This document shows, piece after piece, positions 25,901 through 34,696 of a DNA stretch of 47,864 nt. Below the pieces are notes generated by a model. It had not been told where the DNA came from and searched no databases. It saw only the letters and a program-made list of their open reading frames with translations. The position numbers and the translations under genes were made by a program. Within the stretch, counting starts at the first letter, position 1, and the number at the start of each line of letters is the position of its first letter. Source of the stretch: a virus (taxonomy: Duplodnaviria > Heunggongvirae > Uroviricota > Caudoviricetes); IMG/VR virus record IMGVR_UViG_3300025073_000001; one strand, written 5' to 3'.

Positions 25901-28109
25901 ATTCATCCACCGACATTCCGAGAGTCTTTGCAGTTTTCATTCGCAGTGTCGGATCCATTCTATTAAAATCTTCAATCGTTCCCATCTCCTTGACAATATC
26001 TCTCGTCATTCCTTCAATATCGCCCATTAAACCTTTTTCAAATGCTCCACTGAAATCAATTCCACCAGCGGACATTGCCTGAAGTTCATACATATCAGTC
26101 ATGAATCCTTCCATATCTGCAATCATGTCCTGGGCAATTCCACCTGCTTGCTTTAAACTCAATCCCATCCTGCGGACATTTATCGCTGTCTTTGCAGCCA
26201 GTTCAGGCATTCCTCCGAAATAAGTTGCAACTTCGGCAGCCGAATCAATTAAATCTTGTGCAACAATTTGAGGAGATAAACCTGCCATTTCTGACATCAT
26301 TCCTAAATTCTTCTGAAGATTCAATGACATTTTATCATCAGCACCTAATCTTTCAAATGTCTTGTGCAATTCAACGGCTTGTTCATTTCCATAACCGAAA
26401 TATTTTCCAACCTCAATTAAATTAATTGATAATTCTTTTGCTCCTTTATTATTTAAATCGAACATTTTTCCTGACGTTCCAATCATTGAAGTTTGAACGT
26501 CTTGAATGTCTTTCATCGTTGCAAATTGATTCTTCTGACTGGTCAATGTATCTAACTGAACTTGGTGAAGTTCCTTTGCTTGACCTAGAGATATTTTCAT
26601 CTCAGAAGCCATTTCTTTGTATTTATCAGTAATACTTGAAACAAATTTAAACAAGAGAACTGCCGAAGTCACGATTAACAGCATTGGATTCAAAGCCAGA
26701 CTCAGAGCAGGTTTAAAGGCTTTCATATATGAAGCCATAGATTTTGAATAATCTGAACTTTTTTGCAATTCAGCGGCAAAATCTTCAACTCCCTTTTTAT
26801 GTGAATCCATCAATGCCCCGGAAACCTTTGAAAGCCCGATGAATTCAGAAATTCCGGCCGGTAGAAGTTCATTGATATATTCAAACCCAGATCCAACTTT
26901 CAAAACAATTGATTCGGCAGTTTTCAATTTATCAGAAAATTCACTTAATCCCTTGACCAATGCGTACTGCTTGGCAATTTCCTTTTCTTGTAGTTGTAAA
27001 TTAACCTGATGTGCTAAATTATTTTCGGCAAGAATTTGACCTGCTGCACCTATTGGCTTGATTAATTCGGAATAACGCTTTTTTTGTTCTTCAGTTAAAT
27101 TATTTCCAAGTGAAATCAAATCAACCAATTCTTCAAACGAAGGAATTAGAATTTCTTTAAATCCTTTATTCTTTGCGGTTTTATCGAGTTCCTTCGCCAT
27201 CTTCTCAAATTCTTTCGTTCCCGGTTCAAGTATTCCAGTCAACGTTTTTATCTGCCCCGTATCAACATCAACTTCAATTCCAATCTTTTGACCTGCCATT
27301 TGTCGCAGCATATTGGTTTGAAGTTTTTCATTTTCTTTAAATGAACTTCTAAGTGCATCAATTCTGAGATTTTTTTCAATTTTAACGTTATCAATCGTTT
27401 TAGCAATTTCAGTGTCAAGTTGATCCGTTAATGGATTGAAATTTAAATCAACGTTGAACAATTCGCCCGAAGCAGATGAAACCAAACTTTTTAAATCAGA
27501 TTTCATATTAGAAATTAAAGTTTGAACTCCTTCAATGCTGGATTTTGAATCATCGAACATTGAATCAAGGTTGATTTCACTTCCTGATGCTTTTAAATTT
27601 TCATAAACCTTATCGAGTCCGACTCCAAACTGTCCAATCTGCTTTTTACTGGCTTGGACTGATTTTAAAATATCTTCGTAATTACCAAGTAAATTCTTGG
27701 TCAGGTCAATTTCACCGTCTAATAATTGATTTGTCGCTTTTTTTAACGCGTTGTAATTCTTTGAATCATCAATTATATCAGAATTGATCTTTTCAATTTC
27801 CCTGAACTTCTTAGTGATTTCAGTTAAATCGTCCTTTGAAATCTTCCTCTCTTTGGCCCATTTAGTGATGAATTCATCAGTTATTGCATAACCTTCGGAT
27901 TCAACCTTAGAAATCAATTCCTTAGCATCTCTGGCATTGGCAACGAATCCCGATTCTATTAAAGACATCACCTTTAATAGTTCACGATTGATCCTAACTT
28001 GTTCTTTTGAAGATGATTCGGACGTTTGGACAACTTTGAAGAGTTTGTCCATTATCTTCTTCATTTCCAAAGCATCCTTAGATGATCCTGAGTCTTTTGC
28101 CTTAGCCAT
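22929..28109 (-). CDS. tail tape measure protein
   Basis: 1726 aa, helical and Ala/Gly-rich, W..LAKAGVAL repeats, hydrophobic segments, terminal LVLDG.KI. Confidence 0.88.
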   Translation of the reverse strand: MAKAKDSGSSKDALEMKKIMDKLFKVVQTSESSSKEQVRINRELLKVMSLIESGFVANARDAKELISKVESEGYAITDEFITKWAKERKISKDDLTEITKKFREIEKINSDIIDDSKNYNALKKATNQLLDGEIDLTKNLLGNYEDILKSVQASKKQIGQFGVGLDKVYENLKASGSEINLDSMFDDSKSSIEGVQTLISNMKSDLKSLVSSASGELFNVDLNFNPLTDQLDTEIAKTIDNVKIEKNLRIDALRSSFKENEKLQTNMLRQMAGQKIGIEVDVDTGQIKTLTGILEPGTKEFEKMAKELDKTAKNKGFKEILIPSFEELVDLISLGNNLTEEQKKRYSELIKPIGAAGQILAENNLAHQVNLQLQEKEIAKQYALVKGLSEFSDKLKTAESIVLKVGSGFEYINELLPAGISEFIGLSKVSGALMDSHKKGVEDFAAELQKSSDYSKSMASYMKAFKPALSLALNPMLLIVTSAVLLFKFVSSITDKYKEMASEMKISLGQAKELHQVQLDTLTSQKNQFATMKDIQDVQTSMIGTSGKMFDLNNKGAKELSINLIEVGKYFGYGNEQAVELHKTFERLGADDKMSLNLQKNLGMMSEMAGLSPQIVAQDLIDSAAEVATYFGGMPELAAKTAINVRRMGLSLKQAGGIAQDMIADMEGFMTDMYELQAMSAGGIDFSGAFEKGLMGDIEGMTRDIVKEMGTIEDFNRMDPTLRMKTAKTLGMSVDELAKSVMLQSKMAGLGDDQQKYLQANLDRMGDISSLSQDDIKNKLQSLQSTDRLGVAWDKIKGVLVNSLLPLVESLATGIDAISPILDILIMGLKGIGSIIKMIGPLIQVILRPLTWGTDLLKSMTGEMDEFGDSVSGTGKYLGEVVKILIGIGEIIGGIFIAKRFGLLNNGIGEFASKIPIIGKLFGSADKSAKDTAASSAASVREMASSVQSSMSSMVDSIGSTMTGIADSIKETFNSITSGAQNVSAEASKVSANVAESLQKDTSIVSSAATKMNSEVAASVSKTTSSVTASTAKMAKDAQIAVTRTQAVAAKGGKMSFINPDTARKGFGTIGEIASKTFAIMAMRSATSFFTMKKDGEEATSSMTDNMGGMFDMAFMGAGSLLTGYLSEGIEKVFSKKIEKGIEGKLEKPIKKLSKAFGSVENSGTKAFDGIETKGKGVFGRIADFAKKILPGSTTSMLGTFDNLADQGKQVLAPIEQVQDVISKTKSISEKTVQSTTRSRKINIPSPQEPIQDVAKKTGSGFSSFTNILKTVWDGIKTVLTDIVKFVSTSMKELSSGIGEAIKNVLKGIGDGLSSFKGSALKGAATLVILSGALWIASKAIQNFTSVKWEDLAKAGVALGGLAIVALSLGSASVQMLIGAVAIAALGAALIPAAYALDMFAKIEWSSLAKAGVALIGLGVAGGIIGSFLPLMLLGAIGIAALGASLLPLSAALLIATPGLEAFGNVIQKAFNGIATVITATASGISQVFETLGNIDVMKLLTIGPALASIGLGLAAMSAGAVSSSISKLFGGDVVKDLEKLGNLAEPLYIVQKVLTGLNDALFVLAETLANLDLSGLDKLAEIPKIGIDSVAKEKIKPIVQNYEGVQQDSTQVKISPVQSQVPKVQTPRKEAMAQDKLLNTKGSNGEESGMTLERTASTQFAASSPYQVNQRQTDTYQEDTIPDNQETNMLLKQMVALMQILVKKDPTLVLDGQKISAITKKFNNN

Positions 28110-28345
28110 TACTTATCCTTCTTGTAATCTTTACAACGCTTATAATGAGGGAATCTGTCACACATTGATTTCAACTCACGTTCAAATTCATCTGCATGGA
28201 ACTTGATCGAATCCATCGTTGCTTTCAGAGAAGGATCCCTTTCAATGTCATTTTTTGTGAATTCCCTCTTCATCGCAGCAGATGCTAATAATTTAGCGAT
28301 TTGAACGAAGAGATTTTCCCGTAGATTTTCTAGTTTTTTTGCCAT
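28109..28345 (-). CDS. small protein upstream of tape measure (start revised to MAKKLENLRE)
   Basis: ATG lies just after the late motif; the longer start falls inside the promoter repeat. Confidence 0.55.
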   Translation of the reverse strand: MAKKLENLRENLFVQIAKLLASAAMKREFTKNDIERDPSLKATMDSIKFHADEFERELKSMCDRFPHYKRCKDYKKDK

Positions 28346-28348
28346 ATC

Positions 28349-28442
28349 TATAAATATCTGAACTTTTGTGAAAAATATTTTCAATTTTATTTGGAAGTTA
28401 ACTTGGAGGTACTTAACTTTGTACTATAATTAACGAAACAAC
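28349..28442. repeat. divergent dual-promoter cassette, copy 1
   Basis: Aligns by eye with 33956-34047 and 35409-35500; GATATTTATA on minus, TTTG-N20-TAACTTTG on plus. Confidence 0.8.
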
Positions 28443-28448
28443 AAGATT

Positions 28449-28664
28449 ATGACACAGAAAGATCTCAAAGACGGAAAAAAGTTCGTTTGGAAAAATCGTT
28501 CAAGTTGCCACATACTTGAAGTTGAATTCCAAGAACCAGCTCCACTGACGAATTGGACCAGTCCTTTTCAGGCTTGGTTCAATGGTCAACTTTTCGGGTT
28601 CAAAACTTTCAAAGAACTCGAAAGTAAAGTCAATAAATTGATCACAAAATTCAACCTTAAATAA
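28449..28664 (+). CDS. hypothetical island protein
   Basis: Directly downstream of host-type promoter. Confidence 0.65.
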   Translation: MTQKDLKDGKKFVWKNRSSCHILEVEFQEPAPLTNWTSPFQAWFNGQLFGFKTFKELESKVNKLITKFNLK

Positions 28665-28665
28665 A

Positions 28666-28893
28666 ATGACAAGTCAAGAAGCAAAAGGATCATTCATGTT
28701 ACTTTCAGATGTTATGAAATATTTTGAAGATAACAACCATGATTCCGATAATTTATGGGAATTAATTGAGGTTGATGGTCGTTCATATCTTCCAACTTCT
28801 GTTATTTCATCAAGAATGTCAGAACAAGAATGGAGAACGATGCAATCAAAAGTCACCACTTCAATCTTCGGATTAAATTCAATCACAATTTAA
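28666..28893 (+). CDS. hypothetical island protein
   Basis: Tandem ORF, A-rich start context. Confidence 0.6.
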   Translation: MTSQEAKGSFMLLSDVMKYFEDNNHDSDNLWELIEVDGRSYLPTSVISSRMSEQEWRTMQSKVTTSIFGLNSITI

Positions 28894-28903
28894 AAACAAC
28901 ATC

Positions 28904-29116
28904 ATGACAATATCAGTATCAATTCCACGTTCGATCTTGAATCCAACAACTCCACTTTTAACAGTTGGAATCATTGCACTAATGACGATTGATGGAAGTC
29001 ATGTTTCACAGGAAACTTCTTTCGATTTTGAATTTGAAGAATCAACTTTCGACTTAGTTCGAATCGTTCTTCAAAGGATGTTTGGAATCGACTTTGATCA
29101 AATTCTAATTTGGTAA
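28904..29116 (+). CDS. hypothetical island protein
   Basis: Tandem ORF followed by terminator. Confidence 0.6.
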   Translation: MTISVSIPRSILNPTTPLLTVGIIALMTIDGSHVSQETSFDFEFEESTFDLVRIVLQRMFGIDFDQILIW

Positions 29117-29138
29117 ATTGTTGAAAATAGGTGAATTT

Positions 29139-29172
29139 AGGCAATCTTCTAACGGAGGTTGCCTTTTTCTTT
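29139..29172 (+). terminator. intrinsic terminator
   Basis: AGGCAATCTTC-TAAC-GGAGGTTGCCT followed by TTTTCTTT. Confidence 0.8.
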
Positions 29173-29255
29173 GTCTACAAGGATTAACAAATCATTAACA
29201 GAAAATAACCAGAAAAAGTTTGTGGAATTCTGTCAAAGTCTTATATTTATAAGTA

Positions 29256-30158
29256 ATGACAGCGAATTTCTACGTCCCTTACGAACAAATAAAGTTCTTC
29301 ACTCAAAAAGATGAAGGGGTTTATCGTCATGGATTATCGTTTAGATTATATTTATACCTCTGTCATCATCACAGCGGAAGGATTAAATGGGACAACAGAA
29401 AGCATCTGGTTCAGCAATTTAATTCATCTCACACCGCAGTCAAGAAAGCACTTGAATACTTAGATTCAATCAACTTTGTCAGAATTGACAAAGGTTGGAT
29501 CACTGCAAACGGCCAAAGACAAGTCCATGAAATTTTACATCATGGAGTTGGGCGAATTTTCAACATTGAATTTTTATTTGATTTAGATATTTTAGCGAAT
29601 GCTCGGAAATTCGCGAACCATTTATTTTTATGTATTTTTCAATCGTCTGCCATGATTAGAGGCAGGAAGAAGAAAGTTTTGATTCCTCAAAAGAACCATA
29701 CTAACTGTATGCTGGAAAACGGACAGAATGAAAGTTCTGGGAAAGAAGAGTTTATTCAAAAGCAATCTTTGACCTATCTTGCCAAAATGACTGAAAGACA
29801 CCCACAAACTATTTTTAAGCGGAACCAAGGGATTAATGCTGAAAATCATTATCTCAACTCTTCCAATCCAAAGAGAGAAAAGACTTCTGGAAGAAGGACT
29901 GCTTTGACGCAAAATGGATTCAATACGAGGGAATATTCACCAATCGTAGGATTCCGTGAAGAAATGGACGCAAAGAGTCATTTGAATAATCTTCGTAAAA
30001 ATGATCCTAGTTTCTTTCCTTGTTATGTGATGGAAGCAGCACATGGAGGATTCGTCATTGTAAAGCACATTGCTGATGAATATTTGTTCTCAGTCAAGAC
30101 GAAAAAGTCATTTAAGAATTTTAATTCAGATTTTTCCGTTTTCCAGACACTGGAGTAG
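29256..30158 (+). CDS. basic protein with probable winged-HTH domain(s)
   Basis: RLYLYL...RKHLVQQFNSSHTAVKKALEYLDSINFV; second HTH-like SLTYLAKMTERHPQTI. Confidence 0.5.
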   Translation: MTANFYVPYEQIKFFTQKDEGVYRHGLSFRLYLYLCHHHSGRIKWDNRKHLVQQFNSSHTAVKKALEYLDSINFVRIDKGWITANGQRQVHEILHHGVGRIFNIEFLFDLDILANARKFANHLFLCIFQSSAMIRGRKKKVLIPQKNHTNCMLENGQNESSGKEEFIQKQSLTYLAKMTERHPQTIFKRNQGINAENHYLNSSNPKREKTSGRRTALTQNGFNTREYSPIVGFREEMDAKSHLNNLRKNDPSFFPCYVMEAAHGGFVIVKHIADEYLFSVKTKKSFKNFNSDFSVFQTLE

Positions 30159-30193
30159 AAGGTTATATTGTTTAGTAGTCAAATTTGTTTTTA

Positions 30194-30226
30194 CCTGAAT
30201 TAACTATGTTGTTAGTTCGGGCTTTT
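30194..30226 (+). terminator. probable intrinsic terminator
   Basis: CCTGAATTAAC...GTTAGTTCGGG hairpin followed by CTTTT. Confidence 0.55.
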
Positions 30227-30246
30227 GTATTTTAAACCAAATGTAA

Positions 30247-30819
30247 ATGAAATTAAATTCCTATTTAGAAACTATTGTTTACGAGAAAATCTACGAATTG
30301 TTTGACGATTCGCTAATTGAAAAGATTGAAGTTAATGAATATTATGATTGGATCATCAATCCTTACACCAAGAAGAATCTGCAACTTGATTTTCTAATTT
30401 ACTTCAAAGAAAAGATTGATTTTGAATTAGACGGAACTTTGATTAGAAAAGCCGCGATGTTAGCCATTGAAGTTCAAGGTCAGCAACATTTCAAAGAAGT
30501 GAAGGATTTTCACAAGAAGAAAAATGATTTTAAACATCAACAAATTAGAGATTCGATAAAATTAAGAATTTGTAGAGAACTTGGTATTCCATTGATTCGA
30601 CTTAGATTTAAGAAAATTACTTGGAAGATGGATTTGAAGAAACTCATTCTAATTCAAATGGATCAGTTTAAGAAAACTAATGAATTCGGAATTAAGAATC
30701 GAGAATATCTCGTTGAACATATTTCAAATTTATCTAAATTCAATTATGGAATGACTAAGGTTGATAAAGATGATTTGTTCGAGAGAAATGAGTGGACAAA
30801 TTTCTTAAAAAATATTTAA
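30247..30819 (+). CDS. PD-(D/E)xK (Vsr/DUF559-like) endonuclease
   Basis: LQLDF, LAIEVQGQQHF, QQIRD..K...C...GI.LI. Confidence 0.75.
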   Translation: MKLNSYLETIVYEKIYELFDDSLIEKIEVNEYYDWIINPYTKKNLQLDFLIYFKEKIDFELDGTLIRKAAMLAIEVQGQQHFKEVKDFHKKKNDFKHQQIRDSIKLRICRELGIPLIRLRFKKITWKMDLKKLILIQMDQFKKTNEFGIKNREYLVEHISNLSKFNYGMTKVDKDDLFERNEWTNFLKNI

Positions 30820-30826
30820 AAAATTT

Positions 30827-30858
30827 CTTGGTAATCATTTAAAAGTTACTTACCTTTG
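30827..30858 (+). promoter_or_regulatory. host-type promoter CTTG-N20-TACCTTTG
   Basis: Exact TAnnTTTG; shares ACTTACCTTT and GAAACAA with the cassette copies. Confidence 0.65.
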
Positions 30859-30878
30859 TTGAAACAATTATTAAAGAC

Positions 30879-31364
30879 ATGAGTTACAAAATTGAAATTT
30901 CTTACCGAACTGGTGGTTCTTTACACACTGAAGATACCACTGTTGTTCTTGAATTAGAGTGGAACGACTTGGATGTTGCAAAGGCGAACTTGAAGCGGAT
31001 TAAAGACCACTATCAAATGTATCAGGAACTCAAAAGTTATTCCGTTCGTAAGCAGAAAACTGCCCAAGAAATCTTCGCTGAAAACTCGGATAAAGATTGG
31101 TTCGTTGCAATGAAAAAAGATGCATTGTTTTCTGAAGGTAAATTTGTCAGAGTTATTGATCCAAAGGAGAAGAAGTGGTGGTCTGGTAAAGGATATTCAA
31201 TTGATCAAATTTATGATGAATTTTACGGAGAAAATTGTTTGAACATCTTCACTGATTCTGGAAACAAGATGCAAATGACTGCTTTTTGGATCGGACATTT
31301 TGAGCAACTTTACGGAGCAAAAATCATCGTTGCAGTTGATGAAGAATTAGAATTCGCTGTTTAA
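30879..31364 (+). CDS. hypothetical island protein
   Basis: 161-aa ORF behind promoter. Confidence 0.7.
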   Translation: MSYKIEISYRTGGSLHTEDTTVVLELEWNDLDVAKANLKRIKDHYQMYQELKSYSVRKQKTAQEIFAENSDKDWFVAMKKDALFSEGKFVRVIDPKEKKWWSGKGYSIDQIYDEFYGENCLNIFTDSGNKMQMTAFWIGHFEQLYGAKIIVAVDEELEFAV

Positions 31365-31367
31365 ATC

Positions 31368-31577
31368 ATGCCAATATTTAGAAAATGTCCACATTGCAAA
31401 TCCAATAAAGGATTTAAAATTGTCGTTTTACTTGGTGGAACACATGAATTTGAATCGGATTTTAAAGGAAATGTTATTAAAAATGTCAGAGATGGCTGTG
31501 ATAAAATAGAAATGTACGGGTCATGTCTTTCATGTAAAAAACCAATCTTGTCAGACAACTTAAAAATCAATTTTTGA
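31368..31577 (+). CDS. small zinc-ribbon protein
   Basis: CPHC ... CLSC. Confidence 0.6.
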   Translation: MPIFRKCPHCKSNKGFKIVVLLGGTHEFESDFKGNVIKNVRDGCDKIEMYGSCLSCKKPILSDNLKINF

Positions 31578-31584
31578 TTATAAA

Positions 31585-31806
31585 ATGATAAAATACTTCA
31601 AAATCTTCATATTAGTTTACGATTCAGAATATGTCCCTGGTGGTTATTCAACCAAACATCTTTGGCATCCAATTTATAAAGCAGTTTCTGACTATGACTT
31701 GGATCAGAACTTTGATTCAATTGAAGAAGCCGAATCTGCTCTGAAACAACATGGTAAAGAATGTAATGAATACGTCATTCAACCCATTTACAAAATTGAG
31801 TCATGA
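31585..31806 (+). CDS. hypothetical island protein
   Basis: Tandem ORF, FDSIEEAE motif. Confidence 0.6.
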   Translation: MIKYFKIFILVYDSEYVPGGYSTKHLWHPIYKAVSDYDLDQNFDSIEEAESALKQHGKECNEYVIQPIYKIES

Positions 31807-32015
31807 AATACCTAATTTCATTCATCTTCGGACTTTCAATTGGATTATTGCTACTTGCAATAATTGGTCAACTTTCTAAAATATTCTTAGCAAGTTACGA
31901 CCCATCATTTCCGGCAGAGCAAATCTGGGTTTACAATATGAATGTTTGGAATTGGACGTTTCTAACATTGATCATATTTTTAATTTCATTAATCACAAAT
32001 AAAAAAGAATCATGA
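31803..32015 (+). CDS. small membrane protein with two TM segments
   Basis: Two hydrophobic segments; ATGA overlap. Confidence 0.6.
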   Translation: MKYLISFIFGLSIGLLLLAIIGQLSKIFLASYDPSFPAEQIWVYNMNVWNWTFLTLIIFLISLITNKKES

Positions 32016-32233
32016 TTCTCTGCAATTACACTGAACGTGAAGAACGAATCTTCGATTGGGTTCAAACCTATCTTAATATCGCAGATGAAGGCGATTTAAA
32101 GATTATTTCAGTTGAACCTTTCATTTCCGGTCTTGAAATCGTCTATGAACGATGGTTCGATCCTGAATGGGAGAAATCAACGTTGACCTTGTTCAATTCA
32201 CAAATTTTACTCTTTGAATCTTTTAGAAAATGA
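32012..32233 (+). CDS. hypothetical island protein
   Basis: ATGA overlap with previous ORF. Confidence 0.6.
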   Translation: MILCNYTEREERIFDWVQTYLNIADEGDLKIISVEPFISGLEIVYERWFDPEWEKSTLTLFNSQILLFESFRK

Positions 32234-32302
32234 AATACAAAATGAAGATAATTCATACTGCATTTGCCATTTTACTTCCATTAAATTACTGTCCAAGAGC
32301 AT

Positions 32303-32339
32303 AAAAATAGGGCAGAAAAGATATTTCTATCTCCTGCCC
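32303..32339 (-). terminator. intrinsic terminator at the convergent island boundary
   Basis: Minus strand GGGCAG-G-AGATA-GAAA-TATCT-TTT-CTGCCC then TATTTTT. Confidence 0.6.
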
Positions 32340-32534
32340 CTTTGTTGATTTGCCTTTTCTATTGCCTCTGCTTCGGCTTCTTTTATTGCTACTAACTTTG
32401 AGTAATAATAAGCACGAACGTTGACTGGCATATTGTAAACCTGCTCAAACGGAAATCCTCCGTGAGTGTAATAACTCAGGTCAAAAACCTGATCCATCAC
32501 GGTTCTATCATACTCCGAGGTCAGGCCAAAAAAA
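32327..32534 (-). CDS. tail assembly chaperone extension (GT-like), probably reached by frameshift
   Basis: Overlaps the upstream gene end across a T7 run; HGGF.FEQVYNMP...R..YY..L resembles gpT-type domains. Confidence 0.65.
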
Positions 32535-33371
32535 GTTTGGTCCGATGGTAAGCGAAGCGAGAAAGGAGTCTCCCGTTTCCTCGTCAATTATTTGAACTTC
32601 CATGTTTGGACCTGGTTGCATCTTTGCAACGTGATCTCTGAACGCTCTTGAATCTCTGACCAAGAAGTCATTTTCAATAAAAAGCCTTATCAGGTTTGAA
32701 TCAGAATTTCCGTTCACAGATTGAATCATTTGTTCCAATCGTGTCGTGACTTGTTTATCTTCTCCACCTGCTTTTTTCCGCTTTAACTTTTCTTCAATTG
32801 CTTTGTTGTCTCCAACTGTCAACAATTTAAAAGTTAAGTCAAACTTTCCTTTCCGATTCTCAAAGGAATAATTGAACAAGTTTTCATTCTTGAACAATGT
32901 TTCGTCAACTTCCTTGCATTCAATCTCTTTCAAGTTAATGTCAACCTTCTGTTTCTTGCCTGATGGAGTCGTTACGTCAAACGTATAAATTGGCCCGTAG
33001 CCGTAGATTCTTGACGCGAGTATAAGTTGATCCTTATCTCCGATTAAAAGGTTGTCATAGTTAAATTTGGGCGAAATAATGATACTCTGGAGGAACTTAT
33101 CAATCACGATTCCTGCTTTGATGTAGGATTCAGTTGTCAGAATGTTTTCTTCCTTAGTCGTAACGTCTTTTACCTCAATTACTCCTTTTGACAACGGATC
33201 GTCCAACGTATAAAGCAGTCCTTTGGAAGGAAGTTGAACGATGTTGGTTGGGAAAGTTTGGGCCTTGAGTTCTTGAACCGATTCCTGTTCAAATGTTGGA
33301 TTAGGGTTTGGACCATTTTGATCCTGTGGTGGAATTGACGTTGAAGTCACTTTTACTTTTGAGTCTTGCAT
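32508..33371 (-). CDS. tail assembly chaperone / baseplate hub assembly protein (T4 gp26-like)
   Basis: VQLPSKGLLY, T.KEE.ILT, LLIGD...L..ASRI.GYG, ends NFFWPD; follows tube genes. Confidence 0.75.
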   Translation of the reverse strand: MQDSKVKVTSTSIPPQDQNGPNPNPTFEQESVQELKAQTFPTNIVQLPSKGLLYTLDDPLSKGVIEVKDVTTKEENILTTESYIKAGIVIDKFLQSIIISPKFNYDNLLIGDKDQLILASRIYGYGPIYTFDVTTPSGKKQKVDINLKEIECKEVDETLFKNENLFNYSFENRKGKFDLTFKLLTVGDNKAIEEKLKRKKAGGEDKQVTTRLEQMIQSVNGNSDSNLIRLFIENDFLVRDSRAFRDHVAKMQPGPNMEVQIIDEETGDSFLASLTIGPNFFWPDLGV

Positions 33372-33404
33372 ACAGTTTTAATTTTATTCCTTTTATTTGT
33401 TTAC

Positions 33405-33420
33405 TATAAGTATTGAACTT
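33405..33420 (-). promoter_or_regulatory. putative late promoter AAGTTCAATACTTATA
   Basis: Recurring motif in intergenic position. Confidence 0.55.
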
Positions 33421-33429
33421 AAATGAATT

Positions 33430-33939
33430 TTATAGATTCGGAACTCCAATTCCTGTGAAGTTTCCCGATAAGAACATTGCATAATCATAACTGATTGTCA
33501 TTTGTGGTTGGACGACTTCTTCAGCAGCGTAGTCAAATTCTCCAAAGTTAATTCCTCCCATGAATGCACCGATTAATTTCCAAGTTCCAACTGGAATATC
33601 AGATGGTGAAAGTAATTGTAAGATAATATCTTTCTTGTATTTGTCCGGATATTCATCTTTTCCGTCTTGAACGTTTTGATGCAACGTATTCAAATACGCC
33701 CAAAGTTGATCAATTGTCTTCTTCTCATACGCATAACAAGTCAAAGTTATATCGTTCCACTTTGTCTTGCCTTTAACTTTCATTTGAGTGTTTCCGTATT
33801 CAACCGTTATTGGTGAATTGTCAACCGTTGGCATTTGCATTGCCTTGGCGTAAATTCCAATATCTTGAAGTTCAGAAAAAACTACTTTAAATCTGAACGA
33901 AAGTTGTGGGTTATTTCCTTCTGGTGATAATCTTGCCAA
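33430..33939 (-). CDS. tail tube protein paralog 3 (T4 gp19-like)
   Basis: P.L.FRF, KVKGKTKW.DITL, YKKDI.L.LL.P, W.L.GAF, T.SYDYA. Confidence 0.85.
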   Translation of the reverse strand: MARLSPEGNNPQLSFRFKVVFSELQDIGIYAKAMQMPTVDNSPITVEYGNTQMKVKGKTKWNDITLTCYAYEKKTIDQLWAYLNTLHQNVQDGKDEYPDKYKKDIILQLLSPSDIPVGTWKLIGAFMGGINFGEFDYAAEEVVQPQMTISYDYAMFLSGNFTGIGVPNL

Positions 33940-33955
33940 TTCGTTTCCTCTTTTC

Positions 33956-34047
33956 TATAAATATCAAACTTTCTGAAAAATATCTTTGAAATTATTTGGA
34001 AGTTAATTCGGAAGGACTTACCTTTATGGTATTAATTAACGAAACAA
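33956..34047. repeat. divergent dual-promoter cassette, copy 2
   Basis: ATAAATATCAAACTTTCTGAAAAATA identical to copy 3; TTTG-N20-TACCTTTA. Confidence 0.82.
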
Positions 34048-34055
34048 ATAAAAAA

Positions 34056-34382
34056 ATGATTAATTTAATTCAAGACCCTGCAAGTTTCCTTAAACCGGTT
34101 GAAGGAAATAAAACATTTTTCAGTCCTGGAAGTCATGGATGGGACGGAACTTATGTGACAATTGAAAAATACTATAACCCCGGAAACTCCGGACTAGTGT
34201 CTGGAAAGTTTTATTTAAAAAATAACAACCGTCAGGCTCACGAGGTTGATAAACAATGGGGCGGTGGACTTGCAATTGCAACTGATTTTGTTAACATCCT
34301 CGTTGAGGATGATTTCATCACAGTCAACAGAGGATATGACAATTTAAAAATCTCTGTAAATGGAGAATTATTTGAATTCTAA
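34056..34382 (+). CDS. hypothetical island protein (start revised to MINLIQD)
   Basis: ATG after an A-rich leader; the track start lies inside the promoter. Confidence 0.65.
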   Translation: MINLIQDPASFLKPVEGNKTFFSPGSHGWDGTYVTIEKYYNPGNSGLVSGKFYLKNNNRQAHEVDKQWGGGLAIATDFVNILVEDDFITVNRGYDNLKISVNGELFEF

Positions 34383-34468
34383 AGATAATAAAAGACTTAG
34401 GAATTGAAGTTTTTAATTCAATTCTAAAGGAAAAGGATATTGAAATTTAACCAATAAACAATTCAATC

Positions 34469-34684
34469 ATGAATACTTTTATTAAAGGTCAATGTCACAC
34501 GAATCTGGACGGTTACGATTGTTCAGAAGTTATAATTTTCGCCCGTGTTCCAAATATTGGTGAACGAGTTTATTGTAGACGAAAGGGACAATTAACATCG
34601 TTGAGAGTCGTTCAAATTACCCATGATATTCGCGGAACATTTGGAAATGAATATCCTTATATTCACGTTGAACTTCACAATTAA
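34469..34684 (+). CDS. hypothetical island protein
   Basis: 71-aa ORF, RVP.IGE pattern. Confidence 0.65.
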   Translation: MNTFIKGQCHTNLDGYDCSEVIIFARVPNIGERVYCRRKGQLTSLRVVQITHDIRGTFGNEYPYIHVELHN

Positions 34685-34696
34685 ACAGATTTTATC

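Noticed and set aside
23192-28206. Many overlapping or antisense ORFs within the tape measure gene
   Set aside because: Shadows of a long coding frame; no independent signals or motifs.
32230-32304. 24-codon plus-strand ORF at the island end
   Set aside because: Too short to support without conservation data.
28349-33965. T4-type late promoter TATAAATA on the plus strand
   Set aside because: It points away from the structural genes, and variants elsewhere are only consistent when read as RATAHTTAYW on the coding strand.
34397-34427. Imperfect inverted repeat TTAGGAATTGAA...TTCAATTCTAA
   Set aside because: AT-rich, no U-tract, single occurrence; function cannot be supported.
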